A stretch of DNA of 64,000 bases, taken from positions 169,087 through 233,086 of the forward strand of contig JAHBZL010000003.1 in NCBI GenBank assembly GCA_019635485.1. The letters are read 5' to 3'. A program made the translations under genes and the position numbers. Shown one piece after another: positions 45,262-56,648 of the stretch. This DNA is from Piscinibacter sp. (GTDB lineage Bacteria > Pseudomonadota > Gammaproteobacteria > Burkholderiales > Burkholderiaceae_C). Numbering within the stretch: the stretch's first letter is position 1; every line of letters starts with the position of its first letter. The notes below the pieces were generated by a model. The model did no database searches and had not been told where the DNA came from. It was given only the letters and a program-made list of their open reading frames with translations.

Positions 45262-45840
45262 ATGAACCTCTCGCCGACCCTCTCGCGCTTCGTGCTCCAC
45301 TGGGGCGAAATGGGTACGCGCTGGGGCGTGAACCGCACGGTGGCGCAGATCCACGCGTTGCTGTTCATCACCGGCCGGCCGATGAACGCCGAGGAGATCG
45401 CCGACACGCTGGTCGTCGCGCGCTCCAACGTCAGCAACAGCATCCGCGAACTGCAGGCCTGGAACCTGGTGCGGCTGGTGCACCTGGCCGGCGACCGGCG
45501 CGATCACTTCGAGACCTCGGTGCATGTCTGGGAACTGCTGCGGGTGATCGTGCGCGAGCGCCAGCGTCGCGAGATCGCGCCGACGATCGACGTGCTGCGC
45601 GAGCTGCTGGCCGACCCCGCGATCGGCAAGGACCCGGCGGAGGCCAAGCTGCGCATCCGCGAGACGCTCGAGCTGCTGGAGACGCTGACGGCCTGGAGCG
45701 ACGAGATGCTGCGCCTGGACACCGAGACGCTGACCAAGGTGCTCAAGCTCGGCGCGAAGATCAAGAAGCTGCTCGGCAGCGATGCCGCGGCCCGCGGCGA
45801 TCGCGCCGACACGCACGCGGCGCATCTGCTGGGACCCTGA
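45262..45840 (+). CDS. GbsR/MarR-family transcriptional regulator
   Basis: FVLHWGEMGTRWGVNRTVAQIHALL, ARSNVS, GDRRDHF winged HTH. Confidence 0.9.
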   Translation: MNLSPTLSRFVLHWGEMGTRWGVNRTVAQIHALLFITGRPMNAEEIADTLVVARSNVSNSIRELQAWNLVRLVHLAGDRRDHFETSVHVWELLRVIVRERQRREIAPTIDVLRELLADPAIGKDPAEAKLRIRETLELLETLTAWSDEMLRLDTETLTKVLKLGAKIKKLLGSDAAARGDRADTHAAHLLGP

Positions 45841-45877
45841 GCATGCAAAGTCCTGCCTCGGGTTCGTGCGCCCCAAA

Positions 45878-45897
45878 GTTTCTCTTGTGACAGAAAC
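45878..45897. promoter_or_regulatory. Second copy of the putative GbsR-type operator
   Basis: GTTTCTCT-N4-ACAGAAAC ending 7 nt before the DUF393 start. Confidence 0.7.
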
Positions 45898-45904
45898 AAC
45901 TGCA

Positions 45905-46357
45905 ATGCAAGTCACCTATCCGCTGACCCTGTACTACGATGGCGCCTGCCCGGTCTGCGCGCTCGAGATGGAGCATCTGCGCGAACGCAGCAGCGACGGC
46001 CGGCTCGTGTTCATCGACATCGCCGCGCCGGACTTCGACGCCGCGTCCCTCGGCCTCGACCTCGCCGCGCTGCGCGCGCAGATCCACGGTCGCTGTGCCG
46101 ATGGCCGATGGCTGACCGGGCTCGCGACGCTGCGGGAGGCCTACGCGGCGGCCGGCCTCGGCGCCTGGCTCGCACCTACCGGCTGGCGCCCGCTGCGCCC
46201 GGCGGCCGATGCGCTGTACCGCGGCTTCGCGCGGCACCGGCAGGCGATCTCGCGGGCCGCGCGGCCGCTGGTCGACGGCCTGCGGGCGTGGCGCAGTGCG
46301 CGCCGCCTGCAGGCCTGCCGCGACGGGCGTTGCGACACGACGGGAGGCCGCTCATGA
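45905..46357 (+). CDS. DUF393/DCC-family thiol-disulfide oxidoreductase
   Basis: LYYDGACPVC DxxCxxC motif, YRGFARHR. Confidence 0.9.
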   Translation: MQVTYPLTLYYDGACPVCALEMEHLRERSSDGRLVFIDIAAPDFDAASLGLDLAALRAQIHGRCADGRWLTGLATLREAYAAAGLGAWLAPTGWRPLRPAADALYRGFARHRQAISRAARPLVDGLRAWRSARRLQACRDGRCDTTGGRS

Positions 46358-47697
46358 ACGTGCTCGTCTGCGGCGCCAGCGGCTGCGTGGGTCGCGCCGT
46401 CGTGCAGGCGCTGCGTGCCCGCGGCCACGCGGTGATCCGCGCCCGTCGCGGCGCCGCCGAAGGGCGGCACGACTGGGCGATCGACTTCATGCGGCCGGTC
46501 GCACCGGCCGACTGGGCGCGCCGGCTGCGTGCGGCGCAGGTCGAGGCCGTCGTGAACTGCGTCGGCATCCTGATGCCGGCGCGCGGCCAGAGTTTCGAGC
46601 GCGTGCACGCGGCCGGGCCGATCGAGCTGTTCCGCGGTGCCGCCCAGGCCGGTGTCGGGCGCATCGTGCAGATCTCCGCGCTCGGCGTCGGCGACGATGC
46701 GCAGGCCCTTGCGATGCCCTATCTGCACAGCAAGCTGCGCGCCGACGATGCCCTCGCCGCGCTGCCGCTGGAGTGGGCCGTGCTGCGGCCCTCGCTGGTC
46801 TACGGCCCGCGCAGCCAGAGCGCCGCGCTGTTCGCCACGCTGGCCAGCCTGCCGCTGATCGCGCTGCCGGGTCGCGGCGGGCAGCGTGTCCAGCCGCTGC
46901 ACGTGTTCGAGCTGGCCGAGGCGGTCGCACGGCTGCTCGAGGGCACGGCCGGATGGCGCCGCGTGCACGAACTCGGCGGGCCGCAGCCGCTCGACTACCG
47001 CGCGATGCTGGCCGCCTACCGCAGCGCGCAGGGCCTGGGTGCGGCACTCTGGCTGCCGCTGCCGCGCCCGCTGATGCGGCTCGGCGCGGCGCTGGCCGAG
47101 CGCCTGCCGCAGCAGGTGTTCTGCCGCGACACGCTGCGCCTGCTGGAACGCGGCAGCGTGCCGCGCCTGAATGCGCTGCCGCAGCTGCTCGGCCGCGCGC
47201 CGACCGACCTCTCCGCCGGCCTCGCCGTGGCGCCGGCGCGACCGGCCGTGGACCTGCACGTGTCGCTCGGCCCGGGCGTCGCCGGCGCGCTGCGCATCGC
47301 GCTTGCCGTCATGTGGCTCTTCACGGCGCTGATCAGCGCGGCGCTGCCGGAGCAGTCGGGCGTGCTCGAATTGCTGGCGCGTTGCGGCTTCACCGGCGGC
47401 GCGGGCGTCGCGGCGCTGGTGTTCTCGTGCACGCTGAACCTGCTGCTCGGCGGGCTGACGCTGCTGCGCCCCTCGCCGGGGCTGTACGCGCTGCAGGTGG
47501 CCGCGGTGATCGGCTACACGACCATGGCCGCGGTGAACATGCCCGAACTCACGCTCGACCACTGCGGCCCGCTGCTGAAGAACCTGCCGGTGCTCGGCGT
47601 GGTGCTGCTGCTGTGGCAGGCGCTGCCGCCGCTGCCGCGCTCTGCGCGGCCCATGCGGCACACTCGCCCGGATGTCCCCCGCATGGCCTCGCGCTGA
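46354..47697 (+). CDS. NAD-dependent epimerase/SDR with C-terminal DoxX-like membrane domain
   Basis: [31 protein letters not shown]; C-terminal TM segments with GPLLKNLP; ATGA overlap. Confidence 0.85.
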   Translation: MNVLVCGASGCVGRAVVQALRARGHAVIRARRGAAEGRHDWAIDFMRPVAPADWARRLRAAQVEAVVNCVGILMPARGQSFERVHAAGPIELFRGAAQAGVGRIVQISALGVGDDAQALAMPYLHSKLRADDALAALPLEWAVLRPSLVYGPRSQSAALFATLASLPLIALPGRGGQRVQPLHVFELAEAVARLLEGTAGWRRVHELGGPQPLDYRAMLAAYRSAQGLGAALWLPLPRPLMRLGAALAERLPQQVFCRDTLRLLERGSVPRLNALPQLLGRAPTDLSAGLAVAPARPAVDLHVSLGPGVAGALRIALAVMWLFTALISAALPEQSGVLELLARCGFTGGAGVAALVFSCTLNLLLGGLTLLRPSPGLYALQVAAVIGYTTMAAVNMPELTLDHCGPLLKNLPVLGVVLLLWQALPPLPRSARPMRHTRPDVPRMASR

Positions 47698-50152
47698 CCC
47701 GCAGGATCCGGACGTCGCCCCTGGCGGCGACCCGGTCGAGGCCTGGTTCGAGGCGCGCGGCTGGGCGCCGTTCGTCTTCCAGCGCGAGGTCTGGGCTGCG
47801 ATGGCGGCGGGCCGCAGCGGCCTGCTGCACGCGACCACCGGCTCGGGCAAGACCTATGCGGTCTGGATGGGCGCGCTGGCGCGCCGTGTCGCGCGGCCGG
47901 CCGCCCCGCTGCAGGTGCTGTGGATCACGCCGATGCGCGCGCTGGCCGCGGACACGACACGGGCGCTGCTGCTCCCCCTGGCGGCACTGGCGCCGGACTG
48001 GCGCGTCGGCCAGCGCAGCGGCGACACGCCGGCCGCCGAGCGTGCGCGCCAGGACCGGCGCCTGCCCGATGCCCTGGTCACGACGCCCGAGTCGCTCAGC
48101 CTGCTGCTGACGCGCGAGCGCGCGGCCGAGGAGCTGGCCGGCGTGCACACGGTGATCGTCGACGAATGGCACGAGCTGATGGGCAACAAGCGCGGCGTGC
48201 AGGTGCAGCTGGCACTGGCGCGGCTCGCGCGCTGGAATCCGCATCTGGCGGTCTGGGGGCTGTCGGCGACGCTCGGCAACCTGGACGAGGCGCTGCAGGT
48301 GCTGGCCGGGAACCGCGACGCGGTCCTGGTGCAGGGCCGCATCGACAAGACCCTGGTGATCGACACGCTGCTGCCCGAGAACCCGGGGCGCTTCTCGTGG
48401 GGCGGCCACCTGGGCGCGCAGATGCAGCAGCCGGTGATCGCCGAGATCGAGTCCAGCGCGACGACGCTGGTGTTCACCAACACCCGCTCGCAGGCCGAGA
48501 TCTGGTACCAGCTGCTGATTCAGGAGCGGCCCGAGTGGGCTGGGCTGGTCGCGCTGCACCACGGCTCGCTCGACAAGGAGGTGCGCGAGTGGGTCGAGCT
48601 CGGTCTGAAGGAAGGGCGGCTGAAGGCCGTGGTCGCGACCTCGTCGCTGGACCTGGGTGTCGATTTCCTGCCGGTCGAGCGTGTGCTGCAGATCGGTTCG
48701 CCGAAGGGCATCGCAAGGCTGCTGCAGCGCGCCGGCCGCAGCGGCCATGCGCCCGGGCGGCCGAGCCGGGTGACGCTGGTGCCGACCAACACGCTCGAGC
48801 TGATCGAGTCCGCCGCGGCGCGGCGGGCGGCCAAGGCCGGGCGCATCGAGAAGCGTGCGCCGCCCGAGAAGCCGCTGGACGTGCTGGTGCAGCACCTCGT
48901 CACCGTCGCGCTGGGCGGTGGCTTCGCCGCCGACGCGCTGTTCGACGAGGTGCGCAGCGCCTGGACCTACCGTGCGCTGACCCGCGCCGAGTTCGACTGG
49001 GCGCTGGCCTTCGTCGAACGCGGTGGTGCCAGCCTGACGGCGTATCCGGAATACCACCGCGTGCGCCTCGTGGACGGCGTCTACCGCGTGCCGGACCGCG
49101 GCATCGCCAAGCGCCACCGGCTGCAGGTCGGCACCATCGTGGGCGATGGCACGATGCAGGTGAAGTACCTCTCTGGCGTCAAGCTCGGCGCGATGGAGGA
49201 AGGCTTCATCGCGCGGCTGCGCGCCGGGGACTGCTTCGTGTTCGCCGGCCGTGTGCTCGAGTTCGTGCGCACGCAGGACATGACCGCCTGGGTGCGCAAG
49301 GCGAACAAGCCACGCGGCATCGTGCCCTCGTGGGACGGCGGGCGCATGCCGCTGTCGACCGAGCTGGCCGATGCGGTGCTCGAACTGCTGGCCGAGGCCA
49401 CGCAGGCCGACTGGGTCACGCAGATCGAGGATCCGGAGATGCATGCCGCGCAGCCGATGCTCGCGACGCAGGCGCGCCTCTCGCGCCTGCCCACGCCGCG
49501 GACGCTGCTGGTCGAGCGCTACCGCTCGCGCGAAGGCCATCACCTCTACCTGTACCCCTTCGCCGGGCGCTACGTGCACATGGGCATCGCGAGCCTGCTC
49601 GCCTGGCGGCTCGCGAAGACGGCGCCGAACACCTTCAGCATGAGCGTCAACGACCACGGCTTCGAGCTGCTCAGCGCCGAGGAGGTCGAGCTCGCGCGCC
49701 TGCTCGACGGCAGCGTGCTGGCGCCCGGTGACCTGCTCGCGGACGTGCTGGCCAGCCTGAACTCGGGCGAACTCGCCCAGCGGCGCTTCCGCGAGATCGC
49801 GCGGGTCTCCGGGCTGGTGTTCGCCGGCTATCCCGGCGCGCCGAAGACGACCCGCCAGCTGCAGGCCTCCAGCGGCCTGTTCTACGAGGTGTTCCGCAAA
49901 TACGACCCCGCCAACCTGCTGCTCTCGCAGGCGCAGACCGAAGTGCTCAGCCAGGAGCTTGATATCCGGCGCCTGGCCGCCACCTTGCGGCGCATGGCTG
50001 CCCAACGTGTCGAGTTCGTCGAGCTGAAGGTGCCCAGCCCGTTTTCGCTGCCGCTGATGGTCGAGCGGTTCCGCGAGGCGCTGAGCAACGAGAAGCTGGC
50101 CGACCGACTCGCCCGCATCATCCGCGACGCCACCGCCGAAGCGGACCGCTGA
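47672..50152 (+). CDS. Ligase-associated DNA damage response DEXH helicase (Lhr-core)
   Basis: [57 protein letters not shown]. Confidence 0.93.
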   Translation: MSPAWPRADPQDPDVAPGGDPVEAWFEARGWAPFVFQREVWAAMAAGRSGLLHATTGSGKTYAVWMGALARRVARPAAPLQVLWITPMRALAADTTRALLLPLAALAPDWRVGQRSGDTPAAERARQDRRLPDALVTTPESLSLLLTRERAAEELAGVHTVIVDEWHELMGNKRGVQVQLALARLARWNPHLAVWGLSATLGNLDEALQVLAGNRDAVLVQGRIDKTLVIDTLLPENPGRFSWGGHLGAQMQQPVIAEIESSATTLVFTNTRSQAEIWYQLLIQERPEWAGLVALHHGSLDKEVREWVELGLKEGRLKAVVATSSLDLGVDFLPVERVLQIGSPKGIARLLQRAGRSGHAPGRPSRVTLVPTNTLELIESAAARRAAKAGRIEKRAPPEKPLDVLVQHLVTVALGGGFAADALFDEVRSAWTYRALTRAEFDWALAFVERGGASLTAYPEYHRVRLVDGVYRVPDRGIAKRHRLQVGTIVGDGTMQVKYLSGVKLGAMEEGFIARLRAGDCFVFAGRVLEFVRTQDMTAWVRKANKPRGIVPSWDGGRMPLSTELADAVLELLAEATQADWVTQIEDPEMHAAQPMLATQARLSRLPTPRTLLVERYRSREGHHLYLYPFAGRYVHMGIASLLAWRLAKTAPNTFSMSVNDHGFELLSAEEVELARLLDGSVLAPGDLLADVLASLNSGELAQRRFREIARVSGLVFAGYPGAPKTTRQLQASSGLFYEVFRKYDPANLLLSQAQTEVLSQELDIRRLAATLRRMAAQRVEFVELKVPSPFSLPLMVERFREALSNEKLADRLARIIRDATAEADR

Positions 50153-50170
50153 CTCCACGATCTCCGCCCG

Positions 50171-50569
50171 ATGCTGAAGCTTTCGCGCCTGTTCCGCTTC
50201 GCCAACGCCGCCCGGCTGGCGACCTACCTGATCGCGCTGTGGAAGCTGGCGCGGCACCCCGACACGCCGCGCGCGGCCAAGTGGGTCGCGCTGGCGGTGC
50301 TGGCCTACGCGGTCAGCCCGATCGACCTGATCCCGGATTTCATCCCGGTGTTGGGCCAGCTCGACGACCTGATCCTGGTGCCGCTGGGCGTCGCGCTCGC
50401 CGTGCGTCTGACGCCGCGGCCGCTGTGGGAGGCACGCCTGCGCGAGGCCGAGGTCTCGCGCGAGCAACTGCCGCGTTTCTGGTGGGGCGCGGCGCTCATC
50501 GTGCTGCTCTGGCTCGCGCTGCTCGGCCTGTTCGTCTGGTGGATGGTGCGCCTGTTCGGCGGCGCATGA
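50171..50569 (+). CDS. YkvA/DUF1232 membrane protein
   Basis: YAVSPIDLIPDFIPVLGQLDD. Confidence 0.92.
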   Translation: MLKLSRLFRFANAARLATYLIALWKLARHPDTPRAAKWVALAVLAYAVSPIDLIPDFIPVLGQLDDLILVPLGVALAVRLTPRPLWEARLREAEVSREQLPRFWWGAALIVLLWLALLGLFVWWMVRLFGGA

Positions 50570-51075
50570 GGCGCGCGCTGCTGATCGCGGCACTGCTGGC
50601 CGGGGCGGCGGGGCGGGCCCTTCCCGGCGAGGTCTCCGGGCAGGTCACGCGGGTCAGCGACGGCGACACCGTCTGGGTGCGTGTCGAGAACCGTGCCATG
50701 CTGAAGCTCCGCCTGGCCGGGCTGGACGCGCCGGAGCGCTGCCAGCGCTGGGGTCCCGCGGCGCGTGCCGCGCTGACGTCACGTGTGCTGCACCGGCCCG
50801 TGAAGATCGCGACGCAGGCGCGCGACATGCACGGCCGCACGATCGGCACGCTGGCGGTCGACGGGGAGGACGTGGGCGCCTGGCTGGTCGAGCAGGGCCA
50901 TGCGTGGAACCAGCGCTACCGCGGGCGCCGCGGCCCCTATGCGGACCAGGAACAGCGTGCCCGCGCCGCGCGGCGCGGGCTGTTCGCCGACGCGCAGGCG
51001 GAAGCGCCGCGCGACTTCCGGCGCCGCCATGGGCTCTGCCCGAGCGGCACGCCAGCGAAGAAGTCGCCCGGTTGA
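50566..51075 (+). CDS. Thermonuclease (SNase-like) family protein
   Basis: Signal peptide, DGDT, RLAGLDAPE, DMHGRT; ATGA overlap. Confidence 0.9.
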   Translation: MRRALLIAALLAGAAGRALPGEVSGQVTRVSDGDTVWVRVENRAMLKLRLAGLDAPERCQRWGPAARAALTSRVLHRPVKIATQARDMHGRTIGTLAVDGEDVGAWLVEQGHAWNQRYRGRRGPYADQEQRARAARRGLFADAQAEAPRDFRRRHGLCPSGTPAKKSPG

Positions 51076-51097
51076 GCCGCCCGCGCGAGCGTGCCGC

Positions 51098-52017
51098 TCA
51101 GCCGGGAGCACGCATCAGCGTGCTCTTGCCGAACAGCGACTCGATCAGGTCGACGGCCAGCAGCGCGGTCTTGTTGCGCACGTCCAGCGCCGGGTTCAGC
51201 TCCATCACGTCGAGCGAGGCGAGCCGGCCGGTGTCGGCGATCATCTCCATGCACAGCTGCGCCTCGCGGTAGGTCGGCCCGCCGGGGATCGTCGTGCCGA
51301 CGCCCGGAGCGATCTCGGGATCGAGGAAGTCGACGTCGAAGCTGACGTGCAGGTGCGTGTTCGCGTCCAGCGTCGCCAGCGCGAGCTCCATCGTGTGGCG
51401 CATGCCCATCTCGTCGATGTAGCGCATGTCGAACACCTCCAGCCCCACTTCGTGCACGAAGCGCTTCTCGCCGGGGTCGACGCTGCGGATGCCGATCTGG
51501 CGGATCACCTTCGGGTTGATCGCCGGTACCTGCCCGCCGATCTCGATCAGCGCCTGCGGACCGTGGCCGCACAGGCAGGCGACCGGCATGCCGTGGATGT
51601 TGCCGCTGGGCGTCAGCTGGTTGGTGTTGAAGTCGGCGTGCGCATCCAGCCACAGCACACGCAGGCGCTTGCCGGTCTCGCGGCAATGGCGCGCCACCGC
51701 GCTGATCGAGCCGATGCCCAGGCAATGGTCGCCGCCGAGCAGGATCGGCAGGCGGCCGAGCGCCAGTTCGGCGTGCACGGCCTCGTGCACCGCGCGGTTC
51801 CAGGCGACGACGGCGTCGAGGTGGCGGTAGCCGTCCACCGGCGGCAGCCAGGGGTTCGACGGGCCGACCAGGTTGCCGCGGTCCAGCACCTCCAGGCCGT
51901 GACCCTGCAGCACCGGCACGATCTGCGCGACGCGCAGCGCCTCCGGGCCCATGCTCGCGCCGCGCGCGCCCGCGCCGATGTCGGTCGGCGCCCCGATCAG
52001 GCTGACATGCTTGTTCA

Positions 52018-52018
<1 letters not shown>
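51098..52018 (-). CDS. rocF: Arginase
   Basis: GPEALR, GGDHC, DAHAD, SGNIHGMP, SFDVD, PGVGT, ELNP. Confidence 0.93.
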
Positions 52019-52926
<908 letters not shown>

Positions 52927-53027
52927 GCGCGGAGAATACCCGTCCGTGCCGGCGGCGGAAGGCCCCGCCGCGACACCCCGGCACGGCGGCGGCGGCCCGG
53001 TGCGGGGCGCCCGGCCTTCGTTCGGCG

Positions 53028-53801
53028 CTATGTCCCCTGACGCGCAGGACCGCAGACGGGGCAGCCGGCCTGGCGCGGCAGGCGGATCTCGTTCCACTCC
53101 ATCGTGCGCGTGTCCAGCATCTGCAGCCGGCCGGCGAGCGAGCTGCCGATGCCGGCCAGCAGCTTGAGCGCCTCGGCTGCCTGCACCGTGCCGATGATGC
53201 CGACCAGCGGCGCGAACACGCCCATCGTCGAGCAGCGCACCTCCTCGTAGGTGGCGTCGGGCGGGAACAGGCAGGCGTAGCAGGGGTTCACCGGGTCGCG
53301 CGTGTCGTACACCGAGATCTGGCCGTCGAAACCGATCGCGGCGCCTGCCACCAGCGGCTTGCGGTGTGCGACGCAGGCGGCGTTGACGGCCTGGCGCGTC
53401 GCGAAGTTGTCGCTGCAGTCGATCACCACGTCGGCCGGCGCGACCAGTTCGGCCAGCCGCGCGGCGTCGGCGCGCTCCTGCAGGGCGACGACGCGCACGT
53501 CCGGGTTGATCGCGGCCACCGCCTGCGCCGCGGAGGCCACCTTGGGCTGGCCGACCCGCGCCAGCGTGTGCGCGATCTGGCGCTGCAGGTTCGTCAGGTC
53601 CACCGTGTCGTGATCGACCAGCGTCAGGGTGCCGACGCCGGCCGTGCCGAGGTACAGCGCCACCGGCGAGCCGAGGCCGCCCGCGCCGATCACCAGCGCA
53701 TGCCCGGCCAGCAGCCGGCGCTGGCCCTCGATGCCCAGTTCGTCGAGCAGGATGTGGCGCGAGTAGCGCAGCAGCTGGTCGTCGTCCAGGGTGTCGTCCA
53801 T
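53028..53801 (-). CDS. moeB: MoeB/ThiF-family adenylyltransferase
   Basis: RYSRH, GAGGLG, DLTNLQRQ, CSDNF, CYACLF, CPVC. Confidence 0.88.
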   Translation of the reverse strand: MDDTLDDDQLLRYSRHILLDELGIEGQRRLLAGHALVIGAGGLGSPVALYLGTAGVGTLTLVDHDTVDLTNLQRQIAHTLARVGQPKVASAAQAVAAINPDVRVVALQERADAARLAELVAPADVVIDCSDNFATRQAVNAACVAHRKPLVAGAAIGFDGQISVYDTRDPVNPCYACLFPPDATYEEVRCSTMGVFAPLVGIIGTVQAAEALKLLAGIGSSLAGRLQMLDTRTMEWNEIRLPRQAGCPVCGPARQGT

Positions 53802-53824
53802 GGGTCGATCGTAGCCAGAAAGCA

Positions 53825-53851
53825 CAACGCCCGCGCTGGGCGCGGGCGTTG
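53825..53851 (-). terminator. Intrinsic terminator after ctpA
   Basis: 12-bp stem CAACGCCCGCGC/GCGCGGGCGTTG followed on the minus strand by TGCTTTCT. Confidence 0.65.
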
Positions 53852-53868
53852 CACGGGATTGGCTCGGC

Positions 53869-55308
53869 TCAGTTGGTCGTGGCTTCGGCCTTGCGCTCGA
53901 CCACCGACTTGCTGATCAGCACCGGCTTGCCCTTGAGCTGGTTCAGCGCCTGGACGAGCGGGAAGTCCTCCGGGCTGCCGAACTCGGGCAGCGGCTTGGG
54001 TCCCGCGGCCTTCTTCTGCGCCTCGTCCTCGAGCTTCTTGCGGGCTTCCTCGCGGGCCTTCTCGCGCGCCTCGTCCTTCTGCTCGGGGCCCTGGCCGCTG
54101 GCGATGTGCTTGTCCAGATCCGCCTCGCGCACGCGCAGCGCGGCGAACAGGTTGCCGTCGGCGGTTTCGTCCAGCATCACGTCGGGCACGATGCCCTTGG
54201 CCTGGATCGACGCGCCGCTGGGCGTGTAGTAGCGCGCGGTCGTGATCTTCAGCGCGGTGTCCGGGCCGAGCTGGCGCACGGTCTGCACCGAGCCCTTGCC
54301 GAAGGTCTGCGCGCCCATGATCGTGGCGCGCTTGTGGTCCTGCAGCGCGCCGGCGACGATCTCGCTGGCCGATGCCGAGCCCTCGTTGACGAGCACCACC
54401 ATCGGCACCTTCTTGACGGCTTCGGGCAGCTTGCGCAGCGGGTCCGCGCCGCCGCGCCGCAGGTAGTACTCGGGCGAGGCCTTGAAGGTGGCCTTCGAAT
54501 CGGCGATCTGGCCGTTGGTCGTCACGACGATGGCATCGGCCGGCAGGAAGGCGGCCGAGACGGCCACCGCGCCCTCGAGCAGGCCGCCCGGATCGTTGCG
54601 CAGGTCGAGCACGAGGCCCTTGAGCTGCGGGTCCTGCTTGTACAGGTCCTCGAGCTTGCGCGCGAAGTCCTCGACGGTGCGGTCCTGGAACTGGCTGACG
54701 CGCAGCCAGCCGTAACCCGGCTCGACCATCTTCGCGCGCACGCTCTGCACGCGGATCTCCTCGCGGATGATGGTGACCGGGAAGGAGCGCGTCTCGGACT
54801 TGCGGAACACCGTCAGCACGACCTTGGTGTTGGGCTCGCCGCGCATCTTCTTGACGGCCTGATCCATCGTCAGGCCCTTGACGATGGTGTCGTCGATCTT
54901 CGTGATCAGGTCGCCGCTCTTCATGCCGGCACGGAAGGCGGGCGAACCCTCGATCGGCGAGACCACCTTGACCAGGCCGTCCTCCATGCCGATCTCGATG
55001 CCCACGCCGACGAAGCGGCCGCTCGTGCCTTCGCGGAATTCCTTGAAGCTCTTCTTGTCGAAGAACTGCGAGTGCGGATCGAGCCCGGACACCATGCCGG
55101 AGATCGCGTCGTTGATGAGCTTCTTCTCGTCGACCGGTTCGACGTAGTCGCTCTTGACCATGCCGAACACCGCGGCGAGCTGCTGCAGTTCTTCCAGGGG
55201 CAGCTGGGACACCGAACTGCGCGCGATCGCCTGGAACTGCATCGTGGTCATCGCGCCGGCGATTGCGCCGACCGCCAGCCACCCAGCGACCTTCAACTTG
55301 GTTCCCAT
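53869..55308 (-). CDS. ctpA: S41 carboxy-terminal processing peptidase
   Basis: LDPHS, PDZ GVGIEI, DLRNDPGG, SASASEI, TFGKGSVQ, YYTPSG. Confidence 0.95.
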   Translation of the reverse strand: MGTKLKVAGWLAVGAIAGAMTTMQFQAIARSSVSQLPLEELQQLAAVFGMVKSDYVEPVDEKKLINDAISGMVSGLDPHSQFFDKKSFKEFREGTSGRFVGVGIEIGMEDGLVKVVSPIEGSPAFRAGMKSGDLITKIDDTIVKGLTMDQAVKKMRGEPNTKVVLTVFRKSETRSFPVTIIREEIRVQSVRAKMVEPGYGWLRVSQFQDRTVEDFARKLEDLYKQDPQLKGLVLDLRNDPGGLLEGAVAVSAAFLPADAIVVTTNGQIADSKATFKASPEYYLRRGGADPLRKLPEAVKKVPMVVLVNEGSASASEIVAGALQDHKRATIMGAQTFGKGSVQTVRQLGPDTALKITTARYYTPSGASIQAKGIVPDVMLDETADGNLFAALRVREADLDKHIASGQGPEQKDEAREKAREEARKKLEDEAQKKAAGPKPLPEFGSPEDFPLVQALNQLKGKPVLISKSVVERKAEATTN

Positions 55309-55459
55309 CTACGACCCCTTACAACCCGCCTGCGGGCGCATGTCCAAGCCAGTATAAAACCGGCCCCGCCCTTGGAGCAGGGCCTGCCCGGGAAAGTTGC
55401 ACGCTGCGCTGGCCCATTTCGTGCGATCACTCTAGGCGCGGGGGCCGGGCCCTGGAGGG

Positions 55460-56548
55460 CTAGCCGTCGGCCTCGCGTGCGAAGGTCACGACGTGGTCGA
55501 CTTCGGCGCGGATGCCGATCCACTCGCCGATCTGGTGGTCGTGGTGGGAAGGCACATGGGCCACCAGCTGCTCGCCCCCCGCCAGGCGCAGCGTGTACAG
55601 GAATTCCGAACCGCGGAAGGTCTTGCGCTCGATGCGGGCACGCACCGGCGCGCCGTCGTCGTGCACGATGTCGTCGGCACGCAGCAGCACCTCGCACAGG
55701 CCGTCCGGGTAGGCATCGGGCAGCGGGCATTCCTGCAGGTCGACGAGGTCGCCGAGCGGCGTGCGCACCAGGCTCGCACCGGGGGCCGGCGCGACGATCT
55801 GGGCCGGGGCGAACACGCCGTGACCGATGAAGTCGGCCACGAAGCGGGTACCGGGCCGGTGGTAGAGGGTGTAGGCGTCGTCCCACTGCTCCAGGCGCCC
55901 CTGGTGCATCACGCCGATCAGGTCACCGACGGCGAACGCCTCGAGCTGGTCGTGCGTCACCAGCAGCGCGGTCGTGCCCGCCTGCTGCAGGATGGCGCGC
56001 AGCTCGTGCGCGAGGCGCTCGCGCAGGTCGACGTCCAGGCTGGAGAAGGGCTCGTCGAGCAGCAGCAGGCGCGGGGAGGGTGCCAGCGCGCGCGCCAGCG
56101 CGACGCGCTGCTGCTGGCCGCCGGACAGCTGGTGCGGCGCGCGCCGCGCGGCGTGCCCGAGGCCGACCAGGTCGAGCACCTCCTGCGTGCGCGCGCGCCG
56201 GGCGGCGTCGTCCAGGTGGCGCAGGCCGAACGCCACGTTGGCCTCCACGCTCAGGTGCGGGAACAGCGCGTAGTCCTGGAACACCATGCCGATGCGGCGG
56301 GCTTCGGGGGCGACGTGGCGGCCCGTCTCGGCATCGGCCAGCGGTTCGCCGTCGATCGAGATCCGTCCCCGGTTCAGCCGTTCGAGCCCGGCGACGCTTC
56401 GCAGCAGCGAGGTCTTGCCGCACCCGGACGGCCCGATCAGCACCCCGAGCTGCCCCTGCGGCAGCGCCAGGCTGACCGATTCGACGGCGGCGCGCCCCAT
56501 GCTGGCGCCCGGGTAGTGCAGCGTGGCCTGGTCGATCTGCAGGAACAT
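55460..56548 (-). CDS. fbpC: Fe3+ ABC transporter ATP-binding protein
   Basis: GPSGCGKT, VFQDYALFPH, LSGGQQQR, DEPFSSLD; divergent from the permease. Confidence 0.85.
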   Translation of the reverse strand: MFLQIDQATLHYPGASMGRAAVESVSLALPQGQLGVLIGPSGCGKTSLLRSVAGLERLNRGRISIDGEPLADAETGRHVAPEARRIGMVFQDYALFPHLSVEANVAFGLRHLDDAARRARTQEVLDLVGLGHAARRAPHQLSGGQQQRVALARALAPSPRLLLLDEPFSSLDVDLRERLAHELRAILQQAGTTALLVTHDQLEAFAVGDLIGVMHQGRLEQWDDAYTLYHRPGTRFVADFIGHGVFAPAQIVAPAPGASLVRTPLGDLVDLQECPLPDAYPDGLCEVLLRADDIVHDDGAPVRARIERKTFRGSEFLYTLRLAGGEQLVAHVPSHHDHQIGEWIGIRAEVDHVVTFAREADG

Positions 56549-56573
56549 GGACCTATCATATCGACGCGCACAA

Positions 56574-56592
56574 GAGAACGAGAATCGTTCGC
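56574..56592. promoter_or_regulatory. Putative Fur box
   Basis: GAGAACGAGAATCGTTCGC matches GATAATGATAATCATTATC at 13/19; lies between divergent iron-transport genes. Confidence 0.7.
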
Positions 56593-56648
56593 ATCATTGT
56601 TGACCCAGGGCAAGGAACGGCGCGCCCCGGCCCCGTCTGATACGCCGC

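Noticed and set aside
39676-51075. Nuclease/helicase/ligase cluster as a new anti-phage defence island
   Set aside because: The core genes match the known ligase-associated DNA damage response system, composition matches the host, and there are no mobility or defence hallmark genes
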